Source: Candidatus Pacearchaeota archaeon
GTDB lineage: Archaea; Nanobdellota; Nanobdellia; Pacearchaeales; GW2011-AR1
Reading direction: 5' to 3'
Assembly: GCA_036169915.1 (NCBI GenBank)
Contig: JAVHOF010000087.1
Coordinates: forward strand, 1-43,809
Length of the DNA: 43,809 nucleotides
In this document: positions 35,811-43,809 of the stretch, in pieces
Numbering within the stretch: the stretch's first letter is position 1
Layout: the number at the start of each line of letters is the position of its first letter
The notes under the pieces: model-generated
Seen by the model: the letters and a program-made list of their open reading frames with translations, nothing else
Database searches by the model: none
Told to the model about the DNA's origin: nothing
Translations under genes and position numbers: made by a program

Positions 35811-36053
35811 TTATTTAAGTATTTCAGTATTTGCATTGTGACTCATGCTAATCACTTCACAATCATATTTATTTTCAATAGCAGAAGTTATTATATCATA
35901 TACTGCCCTTAATTCATAACTGCCTTCCTTGGCATTCACAAACTTATTCTCTATTTGCACAGTCCCATATTGCAATCCCGCAATTGGACGCCCTTCTTTT
36001 TCTGCCGTATAAGTTACTTTGATCGTTTTCATTGTCATTTTCATTTTATGCAA
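35811..36053 (-). CDS. Hypothetical protein
   Basis: Tiled ORF. Confidence 0.55.
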   Translation of the reverse strand: MHKMKMTMKTIKVTYTAEKEGRPIAGLQYGTVQIENKFVNAKEGSYELRAVYDIITSAIENKYDCEVISMSHNANTEILK

Positions 36054-36646
36054 AATATTTTTTTCGTGAATTCGTGTTTCTGTATGTTGGAAACAATATC
36101 AGGATCAAACCCATTCCAACTTTCCCTTACCTGTACATTGAAATTAACATGATTCCCCTCGTGGAAATCCTTATGATCGAGATTCACCGTGATGAAAACA
36201 CATTCTCCCTTGCTTCGTGAAGTGATTTCAGATTTTATTTTTTCAAAAATGGCACGGTCACCATCCTTTACAAAGGCGAGTATTGTTAGGAACACAATTG
36301 GATTTCCGGATTCAAGCAAATCAAAAAAGCGCTTGAACCTGCGGATATATTTTTTTGTCACTTCATCAATGGAATAACCCTCGTTGAAATCATGGGGAAA
36401 CCATGTGTTGTCTTCCACGCTTCGCTTTGTTGTAAGATCGATGTTGTTGATATAATTTGTAAGGTATTCTTCCAGACCCTCTTTTGGCAACTTCACGAAT
36501 TTCAGTATTGATCCCGGGTCAATGTCGATCCAGTCAAACGGATAAGAGTTTGTGCGCTTGTGAAAAACATCACTGATGATGGATGCGCTGTTGCATCGTG
36601 CGCCCAGTGAAACGTAATGCGTGTTTTCAGGATTGACTGTCTCCAT
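36041..36646 (-). CDS. DUF1796-like putative papain-like peptidase
   Basis: VSLG..C, YPFDW, FPHDF, KY.RR..RF. Confidence 0.75.
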   Translation of the reverse strand: METVNPENTHYVSLGARCNSASIISDVFHKRTNSYPFDWIDIDPGSILKFVKLPKEGLEEYLTNYINNIDLTTKRSVEDNTWFPHDFNEGYSIDEVTKKYIRRFKRFFDLLESGNPIVFLTILAFVKDGDRAIFEKIKSEITSRSKGECVFITVNLDHKDFHEGNHVNFNVQVRESWNGFDPDIVSNIQKHEFTKKIFCIK

Positions 36647-37607
36647 GGGTCATTTTTATTTTCAAATTATTTTTCATCACATCGAATGATTTTGTCAATC
36701 CTTCACGAAGTGTATGTTTTGGTTTCCATTCGTAATATTCTTCAGATAAATTTCCATCACTTCCAAGTCCATAGGGACGTATGATTTCCCGAGTGTGATA
36801 TTTCAACAATGAAATATCCGTTACGAATTTCATCACGCCGGAAACGGGAATGTTTAAATCAATGATTTCCTTCCCGGACAATTCTGAAATTATGTCACAA
36901 ACCTCTCCGACTGTATGGCTTGTTCCCGATCCAAGATTAACAGTACCGGTAAATTCCGATTCAATCAACCGCATTATCGCTTCAGCTGCATCTTCGGCAA
37001 AAATAAAATCACGGCATGGTGCCTTGTTCCAGACTTGAACATTTTCCTTTGTAAGTGAATCCAAGATCAGCGTTGGAACAAGATCGGGACGGATAAGTGA
37101 AGTCGCCCCATAAACGTTTGAGAGACGGATGTTGATGATCGGAACCTGACTTTTGAATTGTTCAACAACCTGTTCCGCCAGATATTTTGAGAACAAATAA
37201 TTGTTGTCTTTCTGGAATGGGAATATCGGATCGCTTTCGTTTACAGGCCGGTTCAATGGTTCATTGCCGTACAATAAGATGGAAGTGAGACAGACGAATT
37301 TCTTCAGTTTCCTTTTCTTGAAATAATTCAGCGCATTGAAAAGGGGAAGCACGTTGTATTCGAGTCCATTCAACTCCCCGCTGTTTATCAGGTGGTGATT
37401 GCTGTTGCCAATTAAAAATATCACACTGTCAAATTCCACTTCATCCAAAACTGAAAGATCAGCTGTGCTTTCAATGAAATAATGCCTTTTCCCCTTGAAT
37501 GGATCGGTTCTTCCAACGGAAATCAGTTCCGGATATTTTTCAAGAATCACATTTCCCAATAACCCCGATCCGCCAAAAACAATTGTATTGCCCATTTTAA
37601 CATACAT
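36627..37607 (-). CDS. NAD-dependent epimerase/dehydratase (extended SDR)
   Basis: GGSGLLG, YLFSK, RLSNVYG, RDFIF..D, NLGSG. Confidence 0.9.
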   Translation of the reverse strand: MYVKMGNTIVFGGSGLLGNVILEKYPELISVGRTDPFKGKRHYFIESTADLSVLDEVEFDSVIFLIGNSNHHLINSGELNGLEYNVLPLFNALNYFKKRKLKKFVCLTSILLYGNEPLNRPVNESDPIFPFQKDNNYLFSKYLAEQVVEQFKSQVPIINIRLSNVYGATSLIRPDLVPTLILDSLTKENVQVWNKAPCRDFIFAEDAAEAIMRLIESEFTGTVNLGSGTSHTVGEVCDIISELSGKEIIDLNIPVSGVMKFVTDISLLKYHTREIIRPYGLGSDGNLSEEYYEWKPKHTLREGLTKSFDVMKNNLKIKMTHGDSQS

Positions 37608-38418
37608 ATAAATTTTCCGAAAGATAGTTATCCAATCTAATCCTTTTATCCGTTTTCACCAATTGTTTGAAAAAACTTATTTGACTGCGAGTATCATGTA
37701 TGTCGCTTCGAGCCTGAGCCATTGTTGTTACCCTGTTCTCATTCCATTCGTAAAGCCCGGCTTTTTTTGTCACCACATCATAATATTCGTTGTTATAGCA
37801 TTTACCGAATTTACCCATGTTGTAGAAGGTCATGCCTGTTACATAAATTTCCTTCAAGTCATAATTAAGAAGCGTTACCAATCCCGACATTCCGACATTC
37901 GCTATCGTTCCGATTTCCTTGAACATGCGAAACAAATACCTGTCATCGACGTTTTCCGTTTTGCAGCCAAGTGATTCAAGCTCTTCCAAAAACACCGTAT
38001 GGCCACCTATGAAATCAGTTGACACCATCGAGCATAAAACATATTTCAGTCTTTTGAAAAATTCCATATTCCTTTTCGCTTCCGGGATTTCCATCTCGTT
38101 GAAACTATGCACCAAGATGTCCGTTCTTGATCCGTAATCACAATAAAGGCTTGGAGAAACATCGCGTAGATTTCCAACGCGCACAACAATATCATACGAG
38201 TCAATTAATGCACCGGTATTCAATCCAACCAAATTTGGAGCTGGACAAACGAATGCGATTCTCTTGCCGTCCAAAAGTTTTCGCAAGTGATCATTTTTCC
38301 TGTAATCAATGAATTCACTTACCGCAACATCGGGCGATGGGGATGATGAAATCCAAGGAGGAAATGTTTTTTGTTGCATGATTTTTTCACGACACAACTT
38401 GTACATACCCAACTTCAT
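37597..38418 (-). CDS. GT29 (sialyltransferase)-like glycosyltransferase
   Basis: Sialylmotif-L-like KRIAFVCPA..L....G.LIDSYDIVVRV...YGSRTD; motif-S-like N.GM......L....EIYVTGMTFY; late His. Confidence 0.7.
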   Translation of the reverse strand: MKLGMYKLCREKIMQQKTFPPWISSSPSPDVAVSEFIDYRKNDHLRKLLDGKRIAFVCPAPNLVGLNTGALIDSYDIVVRVGNLRDVSPSLYCDYGSRTDILVHSFNEMEIPEAKRNMEFFKRLKYVLCSMVSTDFIGGHTVFLEELESLGCKTENVDDRYLFRMFKEIGTIANVGMSGLVTLLNYDLKEIYVTGMTFYNMGKFGKCYNNEYYDVVTKKAGLYEWNENRVTTMAQARSDIHDTRSQISFFKQLVKTDKRIRLDNYLSENLYVC

Positions 38419-38743
38419 CCAAAATAAATTTCACATTTCCGTTTTTCTTTTTTGACATTTCAGCTTCCCCTATCGCCCATGTCGTGAAGCAATATAAATC
38501 CCTTTCCTCTTTAATTCCATCAGCCCCATAGTGTACATAAGCCAATAATCGGGACATGTAATATAATCCATTTAAGATTATGTTTTTTGGATACCCCAAA
38601 TTTTCAAAATGAAGTATAACATCAGTACGATTTATGGATTTTGGCTTTATTCCATTTGGCATGGACTTCGATACGGTTTCCTGATACATGAATTCTGCAA
38701 TCAGAATCCTGAGTTCCAATGTTGAAATTTTTGTTTCTTGCAT
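38387..38743 (-). CDS. Hypothetical protein
   Basis: Tiled ORF. Confidence 0.6.
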   Translation of the reverse strand: MQETKISTLELRILIAEFMYQETVSKSMPNGIKPKSINRTDVILHFENLGYPKNIILNGLYYMSRLLAYVHYGADGIKEERDLYCFTTWAIGEAEMSKKKNGNVKFILDEVGYVQVVS

Positions 38744-38758
38744 TTTGCTGTTTTTTTT

Positions 38759-38854
38759 TCAATGCCTGAGCCACCAAACATCGTGTTTTGTTTCATCCTT
38801 TATGGGACGATTCTTGAACCAATTCTGAATACCTTCTATGATTTTTCGCCACAT
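38759..38854 (-). CDS. Possible 31-aa micro-protein
   Basis: MWRKIIEGIQNWFKNRPIKDETKHDVWWLRH* fills the gap between two genes. Confidence 0.3.
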   Translation of the reverse strand: MWRKIIEGIQNWFKNRPIKDETKHDVWWLRH

Positions 38855-39879
38855 GAAATATATTCTTGGATTTGGTTCAGTAACAAACTGTCGTTTTTGA
38901 TCGGGACTTTTATGAATTCTGTGTTGGCAAAAGGGAGAATAAAGTTAATCGAATTTTCGGTGTTTTTCTTGTCAGCTGACATTATTTGAATGAATTGTTT
39001 TGCACTTTTGATTGTGAATTCAGGAATATTGAATTCAATGAGACCCGTTAGGTAATCGTAACGTTTTTTTGTTATGAGACCGAACTTCCATGCAAGCCAA
39101 TTTGCCATATCCATTCCTTTTGTAACTGCAAGTCCATGAGGTAGATTGAAGTTTGAAATGGATTCGCATGCGTGACCGAAAGTGTGACCGTAATTGAAAA
39201 GGTTTCGTATTCCCTTATCGAATTCATCAAGCAATACGTATCTTTTTTTTAACCGCAAACTCATTTTAATCCAAGGCAATAAACAATCCGATCCATAATC
39301 ACATTCAAAAAGTGCAAGGGAACCTTCAAGATCATGAATTTCCTTCCCTTTTCCAAACAGAATCAGGTAATGGAGAATTTCCCCAATACCGCTTTTAATT
39401 TCCTGTTCTGGTAATGTTTCAAGAAACTTTGTGCAGATGGTTATTTTCGATGGGGGATAAAATGTTCCAATGATATTTTTTCTGCCACAGAAATTTATTG
39501 ATGTCTTGCTTCCAATACAACTGTCAGCCTGCGCAACCAATGTGGTTGGATAAAAAACCCATTTCACGCCCCTAAAAAGGATTGAGGAAACAAATCCAGC
39601 GACATCTTGAACTGCGCCACCGCCTACCACCACAATCCGATTGTTCTTCTTGAAGTTCATCAATAACAATTGGGTGATGATCAAGTTTATTTCCTTGAAT
39701 TCCTTTGCCTGCTCACTTGCCCTTATCACAAAAATATTTTTTGTTTTAGGGAATTGTTTTTTGTAAAGGCGATGAACATTTTCATCGACAAAAAGAAAAT
39801 CATCCTTTTGGAAATCAATCTTTATTTTATCTTGGAATTCAACTGTGTAATTCCTGATCTTGGATTTTATTTCAAACAT
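38836..39879 (-). CDS. 3-dehydroquinate-synthase-like sugar-phosphate cyclase
   Basis: E..K, GGGAVQDV.GF, PTTL.AQ.DS.IG.K..IN, KN..G.F..P, SG.GE, NYGHTFGHA.E, HG.AV, DKK. Confidence 0.9.
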   Translation of the reverse strand: MFEIKSKIRNYTVEFQDKIKIDFQKDDFLFVDENVHRLYKKQFPKTKNIFVIRASEQAKEFKEINLIITQLLLMNFKKNNRIVVVGGGAVQDVAGFVSSILFRGVKWVFYPTTLVAQADSCIGSKTSINFCGRKNIIGTFYPPSKITICTKFLETLPEQEIKSGIGEILHYLILFGKGKEIHDLEGSLALFECDYGSDCLLPWIKMSLRLKKRYVLLDEFDKGIRNLFNYGHTFGHACESISNFNLPHGLAVTKGMDMANWLAWKFGLITKKRYDYLTGLIEFNIPEFTIKSAKQFIQIMSADKKNTENSINFILPFANTEFIKVPIKNDSLLLNQIQEYISCGEKS

Positions 39880-39889
39880 GTTTCAGGTT

Positions 39890-40582
39890 TTATAAAAATG
39901 AAAAACTTGGGATTCCACCGTGTCCCAATGGAGCTGCAAATAACCCTCTCCATTTTATAATGTCTTCTTGAATGATGACTGGGAAAATCTCATCCTTTGC
40001 ATTTTTGAAAGTCATTGCTTTCAGGTTGTCATCAAAAACATATTCTCCCCTAAAAACAACCCCATTTGCATCGATTTCAATCAGATGTCCTGCTGGCGGA
40101 AACTCATCAGAAAGCAAATGCCATTCAAACCACTGTCCTGATTTTTCTTCATTAAACTGATCCACCCCAAACTGATTTTCTTTATAGTTAAAGTCATCAT
40201 CAACACTTTTCCATTCATCATTTGGTATCTGTGGTATCTGCCTTGTGAACCACCCAAATGGATTTAATGGCTGTTGTGGTTGGCGTGGTTGCAAAAAAAC
40301 AGGTGGCGGAACTCGATATACAATTCTTGGATGACGATTTCTGCTATAAGATTCACTCGCAATCTTATAGCACCTTTGGATGAAAGAGAACATTTCCGGA
40401 TCAGCATCCCATTCAAAAACAATAAAATGGGTATAGCTTTCTTTACTCCACGAGTCATCACCATCATGATATGGGATAAAGCAGCTGGTGAATTCCATCA
40501 TTTTGGAATTACGGCATCTGTAGTATCCAGTTTTGTCTGGCCTCTTATCCGAAATATTAACCCATTGTGTCATTAACTTCAA
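39890..40582 (-). CDS. Hypothetical phage protein with DUF551-like segments
   Basis: W...S...P segments at the N-terminus and internally (WHLLSDEFP...IIKWR). Confidence 0.6.
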   Translation of the reverse strand: MKLMTQWVNISDKRPDKTGYYRCRNSKMMEFTSCFIPYHDGDDSWSKESYTHFIVFEWDADPEMFSFIQRCYKIASESYSRNRHPRIVYRVPPPVFLQPRQPQQPLNPFGWFTRQIPQIPNDEWKSVDDDFNYKENQFGVDQFNEEKSGQWFEWHLLSDEFPPAGHLIEIDANGVVFRGEYVFDDNLKAMTFKNAKDEIFPVIIQEDIIKWRGLFAAPLGHGGIPSFSFL

Positions 40583-40588
40583 TTTTTT

Positions 40589-40777
40589 TTAGCTATGTTC
40601 TTCGTTATACTTTAATGGTGGTGTATTTAATTCCGTTTCAACTTTTTCAATTTTTTTGCCGTCCGACTCAAGGCTAAACTTAATCCAAGTATTTATGAAT
40701 TTTTCAATATCACTATCGTATAAGTAATAGGTTATTTCGCCATTAACTCTTATTATTGCCTGTATCTTATTTGTCAT
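40589..40777 (-). CDS. Hypothetical protein
   Basis: Start at MTNK (ATGA overlap). Confidence 0.55.
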   Translation of the reverse strand: MTNKIQAIIRVNGEITYYLYDSDIEKFINTWIKFSLESDGKKIEKVETELNTPPLKYNEEHS

Positions 40778-41427
40778 AGGGATGATGAATTGACTATTGA
40801 ATTTATTCCTGTTGTACGATCGTTCAATGGAGAGCAAGCCACAAGAACTTTCTTGGCGATTTTTTCAACAGAAAGCAATTCCATTTCATTTGCCTGTGCA
40901 CCCAGCATTGTCCGTGTCATGTCGGTATCCGTAACGTCTGGGGAAATCATGTTGACCGTAATTCCATATTCCTTTAAATCTTCCGCCATTGATCGTGTCG
41001 CTCCCAATAAAGCGTGTTTTGAGCTTATGTACCCAAGCCTATTATCCCTTGCACTGTTAGCATAAATGGAGCCTATGTTAATGATTCTACCCCATTTTTT
41101 TTTCTTCATGTTTTCGATAACGGATTGACAAAGGATAATTGGGGTGTAAAAATTCACATTCATCATTTTCATTATTTCTTCAACCGAAACATTTTCAATG
41201 CTGTTTTTCCAATTCACTCCAGCACAATTAATCAGAATGTCGATATCTAAATTTTTTAAATAGTTGAAAAGCAGTTTAACGTCATTCAAATTATATAAAT
41301 CGCATTCACTTGAACTTAGCCCGAACACAGTTGCACCATTTTCCTTGAACATATCGTAAATGGCTTTTCCTATTCCGCGTGAATGGCCTGTGACCAATAC
41401 CTTTTTACCAATGAAATCTATTTTCAT
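40774..41427 (-). CDS. Classical SDR oxidoreductase (FabG-like)
   Basis: TGHSRGIG, INCAG, IINIGS, YISSK. Confidence 0.92.
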   Translation of the reverse strand: MKIDFIGKKVLVTGHSRGIGKAIYDMFKENGATVFGLSSSECDLYNLNDVKLLFNYLKNLDIDILINCAGVNWKNSIENVSVEEIMKMMNVNFYTPIILCQSVIENMKKKKWGRIINIGSIYANSARDNRLGYISSKHALLGATRSMAEDLKEYGITVNMISPDVTDTDMTRTMLGAQANEMELLSVEKIAKKVLVACSPLNDRTTGINSIVNSSSL

Positions 41428-41675
41428 TTTTCAAATCTTTTCCGTGCAATTATCTGTTTCTTAATGAATGGGATTTCCGTATCGGGAAGGATTTCGAAAG
41501 TTATTCCGGTATGGAAAATCTTCTTCAGGTGATTCACGATTTTCCTTGCGTCCTTTTCAGAATCGAAAACTTGATATCCACGTCTCTTGCTTGTTCCGGA
41601 ATGCAAGCCAAATGTATGATCCCAATATCTGGTTTTCCCGAAAACATTTACGCGGATGAAAAACTTTTCTCTCAT
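41424..41675 (-). CDS. Hypothetical protein
   Basis: 4-nt overlaps on both sides. Confidence 0.65.
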   Translation of the reverse strand: MREKFFIRVNVFGKTRYWDHTFGLHSGTSKRRGYQVFDSEKDARKIVNHLKKIFHTGITFEILPDTEIPFIKKQIIARKRFEK

Positions 41676-42832
41676 TGCAGTGATTTTTTAATTATTTCAA
41701 TTGCCGAATAAACTTCATCAGAGGTGACTGCCAAGGAAGGGCGCAGGCGAATTGTTTTTTCCCCTGTTGGATTTGCCATCAATCCATTTTCAAATGTTTT
41801 CTTGTAGAATGCATCGCGAAGTTCTTTTGTATCAAAATCAAATGCAACAAGCCCACCCATTCCACGGACATTCTTCAGCTGTGTTATTTCTTCAAGTTCA
41901 TTTCTGATGATGAATCCCATCACCGTACTATGTCTTAGTAAATTCTGTTGTTCTATTGCCTTGATGATATATTTGCTTCTGATGGCATCAAGGGCGTCTC
42001 CATCATACGTCACTTTCAATCTCCAAAAATCTTCCTTTATTTTATCAAAACCTTCCCGGACAATTATTCCTGAAATCTGGAATTTCTTTCCAAATACAAT
42101 GATGTCCGGCTCTATGTTATCCCCTTTTTCGTAGTGTTGGAAATAAAATATTTGTCCGGTTGACAAGCCCGTTTGAATCTCATCGTAAATAAGAACAATG
42201 TTGAATTTTGTACAGAGCTCACGGATTCTTTTCAGTGTTGTAAAAGGAACATAATAATCACCGTAGGTGCATTGTATTGGCTCTACAATGACAGCCGCAA
42301 TTTCTTCGTGATGGATTTCAATATAGGATTGCCATGCATCAGTCCAGTCGAATTTTTCAACCCAATCAACTGTCGGAATTCCATCAAGGCGTGAACTGGT
42401 TGTAAGGAAATTACCGAATGAGTTCACTCCATGGAACGAGTTGTGAAACGATACAACCTTTTTTCGCTTGTAATCATGATGCGCCCACGAACTTTTTATT
42501 GCCGCTTCCACGGAAAGTCCACCAGTACAAGCAAAATGTGTATAATCAAATCCTTTTGGAACAGCAAACTCTCTGAATGATTTCAAGAATGAATCAAATT
42601 CATCTGAACCATATTCGCACAATGATGTTTTTATATGGCACACACGATTCACTTCTTCCAGATACCCCTTTGATTGCAATATCGGATGTTTATACCCAAG
42701 AGGCAATGACGAAAAATGTGATAAAAAATCCAAAATAAAGCGATTGGAATTCTTATCATAGACATAACTGCCATGACTTTTCTCGTAGTCTATTTTAATT
42801 CCGAAATTACCCATTTGTTTTTTTTCGTTCAA
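41672..42832 (-). CDS. Class III PLP aminotransferase (lysine-epsilon/GABA-T-like)
   Basis: LGYKHP, G..SVE.A.K, SFHG, IVEPIQ, DEIQTG, PDI..FGKK, RG.G, IRLRP.L. Confidence 0.9.
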   Translation of the reverse strand: MNEKKQMGNFGIKIDYEKSHGSYVYDKNSNRFILDFLSHFSSLPLGYKHPILQSKGYLEEVNRVCHIKTSLCEYGSDEFDSFLKSFREFAVPKGFDYTHFACTGGLSVEAAIKSSWAHHDYKRKKVVSFHNSFHGVNSFGNFLTTSSRLDGIPTVDWVEKFDWTDAWQSYIEIHHEEIAAVIVEPIQCTYGDYYVPFTTLKRIRELCTKFNIVLIYDEIQTGLSTGQIFYFQHYEKGDNIEPDIIVFGKKFQISGIIVREGFDKIKEDFWRLKVTYDGDALDAIRSKYIIKAIEQQNLLRHSTVMGFIIRNELEEITQLKNVRGMGGLVAFDFDTKELRDAFYKKTFENGLMANPTGEKTIRLRPSLAVTSDEVYSAIEIIKKSLQ

Positions 42833-43127
42833 ATATTGTAGTTATTAGCCCAATTGCAAGAGCAATCAGCAACAAAAAAGAATATATAAACCCAGCTGAA
42901 TAATGATCCCAACTCCAAATAGATGTTTTGGGAAATAATTTAGCGTTTAGTTGAATTGCACCGACACAAATGATTACAGCAGATATCATGAACAAAAATC
43001 TCGGCCAGCTGAATTTGTATTTTGCCTTTTCCTTTTCGATCTCCTTTTGTATTTCAGAATCCATCTCTGAAACCTTTCTGTTCCTTTCCTTTATGAGTTT
43101 TTTGATTTTGTCGTTTGAATATTCCAT
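42807..43127 (-). CDS. Membrane protein
   Basis: Coiled N-terminus followed by two TM segments. Confidence 0.65.
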   Translation of the reverse strand: MEYSNDKIKKLIKERNRKVSEMDSEIQKEIEKEKAKYKFSWPRFLFMISAVIICVGAIQLNAKLFPKTSIWSWDHYSAGFIYSFLLLIALAIGLITTIFERKKTNG

Positions 43128-43128
43128 T

Positions 43129-43809
43129 TCACTTATTTTTTTGGTTCAGGTTTTCCATGTATTGTTCAAATGGCAAATATGGAATGAATGCATTCAGGTT
43201 TGAATTCTCGCTGCATGAGATTATTTCAAGATCAGGATACAATACGGGCTTAACCAACTCCATGAAACTTTTCCATATTTGGATTATCACTTCCTGATTT
43301 GACGCCCCGAACATTATATCCTTTCCAAAATAATCCTTCCTGAAATGATTTGCATCATCATCACTTCTTGCCTTGTAGGAGTTTCCATGCACTCCCACAT
43401 CGCGGTATTTCGAATCATCCACATATCTTGCATCCATTCCAAGCAAGCATATTTTCCTGTAACCCAAATGATACATTGTTTTCAATCCGACAAATCCCGC
43501 ATTACAAACAATGCTTGTTGTGAGAATATTTCCTTCAACTGAAAAATCATCCAACAATGGATAATCCAATTTCCCAACAAGCGTATCGTTGAACAAAAAA
43601 ACCCTTTTGTTCAATTCATAAATTCCATCGTTATCCCGGTAATCATTATCCTGAAAACATTCCTTGACGTGTTTTTGATTGTCGGTGAGTTTGTAAAGGA
43701 AAAACTTTTCGATTGCACTGTTTTTTATCAGATTGTTTATGTCCTTGTAGTATGAGCGCAAATCATTTCCATCTATGCACAAATAATAACTCGGGTCAAA
43801 TCCCCAATC
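43129..43809 (-). CDS. Maf/DUF115-like (GT-related) protein, 5'-partial
   Basis: Frame stays open to the right edge (DWGFDPSYYLCID); G......YHLGYRKICLLGMD..Y and D.NHF..DYF motifs. Confidence 0.65.
   Translation of the reverse strand, partial: DWGFDPSYYLCIDGNDLRSYYKDINNLIKNSAIEKFFLYKLTDNQKHVKECFQDNDYRDNDGIYELNKRVFLFNDTLVGKLDYPLLDDFSVEGNILTTSIVCNAGFVGLKTMYHLGYRKICLLGMDARYVDDSKYRDVGVHGNSYKARSDDDANHFRKDYFGKDIMFGASNQEVIIQIWKSFMELVKPVLYPDLEIISCSENSNLNAFIPYLPFEQYMENLNQKNK

Noticed and set aside
38836-39879. Housekeeping aroB call (and serA or fabG for nearby genes)
   Set aside because: No partner pathway genes are present and the context is glycan synthesis, so only family-level calls were made.
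177-43542. Numerous + strand ORFs in the track
   Set aside because: They are antisense shadows of well-supported minus-strand genes with no motifs; only 6068-6799 was kept.
1-43809. Stop-codon reassignment
   Set aside because: Known enzyme families are full length under the standard code, and TAA, TAG and TGA all end genes at plausible positions.

Overview
AT-rich, gene-dense segment that reads as part of a large dsDNA phage or prophage, probably of a Bacteroidota host. This is inferred from TAnnTTTG promoter boxes, A-rich leaders without Shine-Dalgarno sites, YopX, HNH, NUMOD1, Cro-like and replication-initiator-like genes, an intein, and dozens of tiny ORFans. No capsid, terminase or integrase gene lies in the window. 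Nearly all genes are on the minus strand. Left end (1-4982): four genes whose proteins carry recurrent [M/F/Y]-x-x-G-G motifs. The three complete ones are translationally coupled and end in the same tail GN[PA][VI]L[KR]xI[FL]GV, a candidate cleavage-plus-targeting system. Next to them lie two tandem promoter-hairpin-U-tract units with covarying stems (candidate new small-RNA family). From 7.8 kb to the right end, about 20 glycan genes (GT1_2-like, GT2, GT11, GT25, GT29-like, WbqC, methyltransferases, ColD-like, Fcl/ColC-like, GmhA-like, DHQS-like cyclase, class III aminotransferase, oxidoreductases, Maf/DUF115-like) are interleaved with small phage ORFs. Other events: a 486-aa LAGLIDADG intein beside the catalytic His of the ColD-like gene, an HNH endonuclease that replaced its target gene's 3' end, a prs-like gene cut by a perfect 27-bp inverted repeat, and three +1 frameshifted small genes. 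All family calls come from motif recognition by eye; no database search was run.
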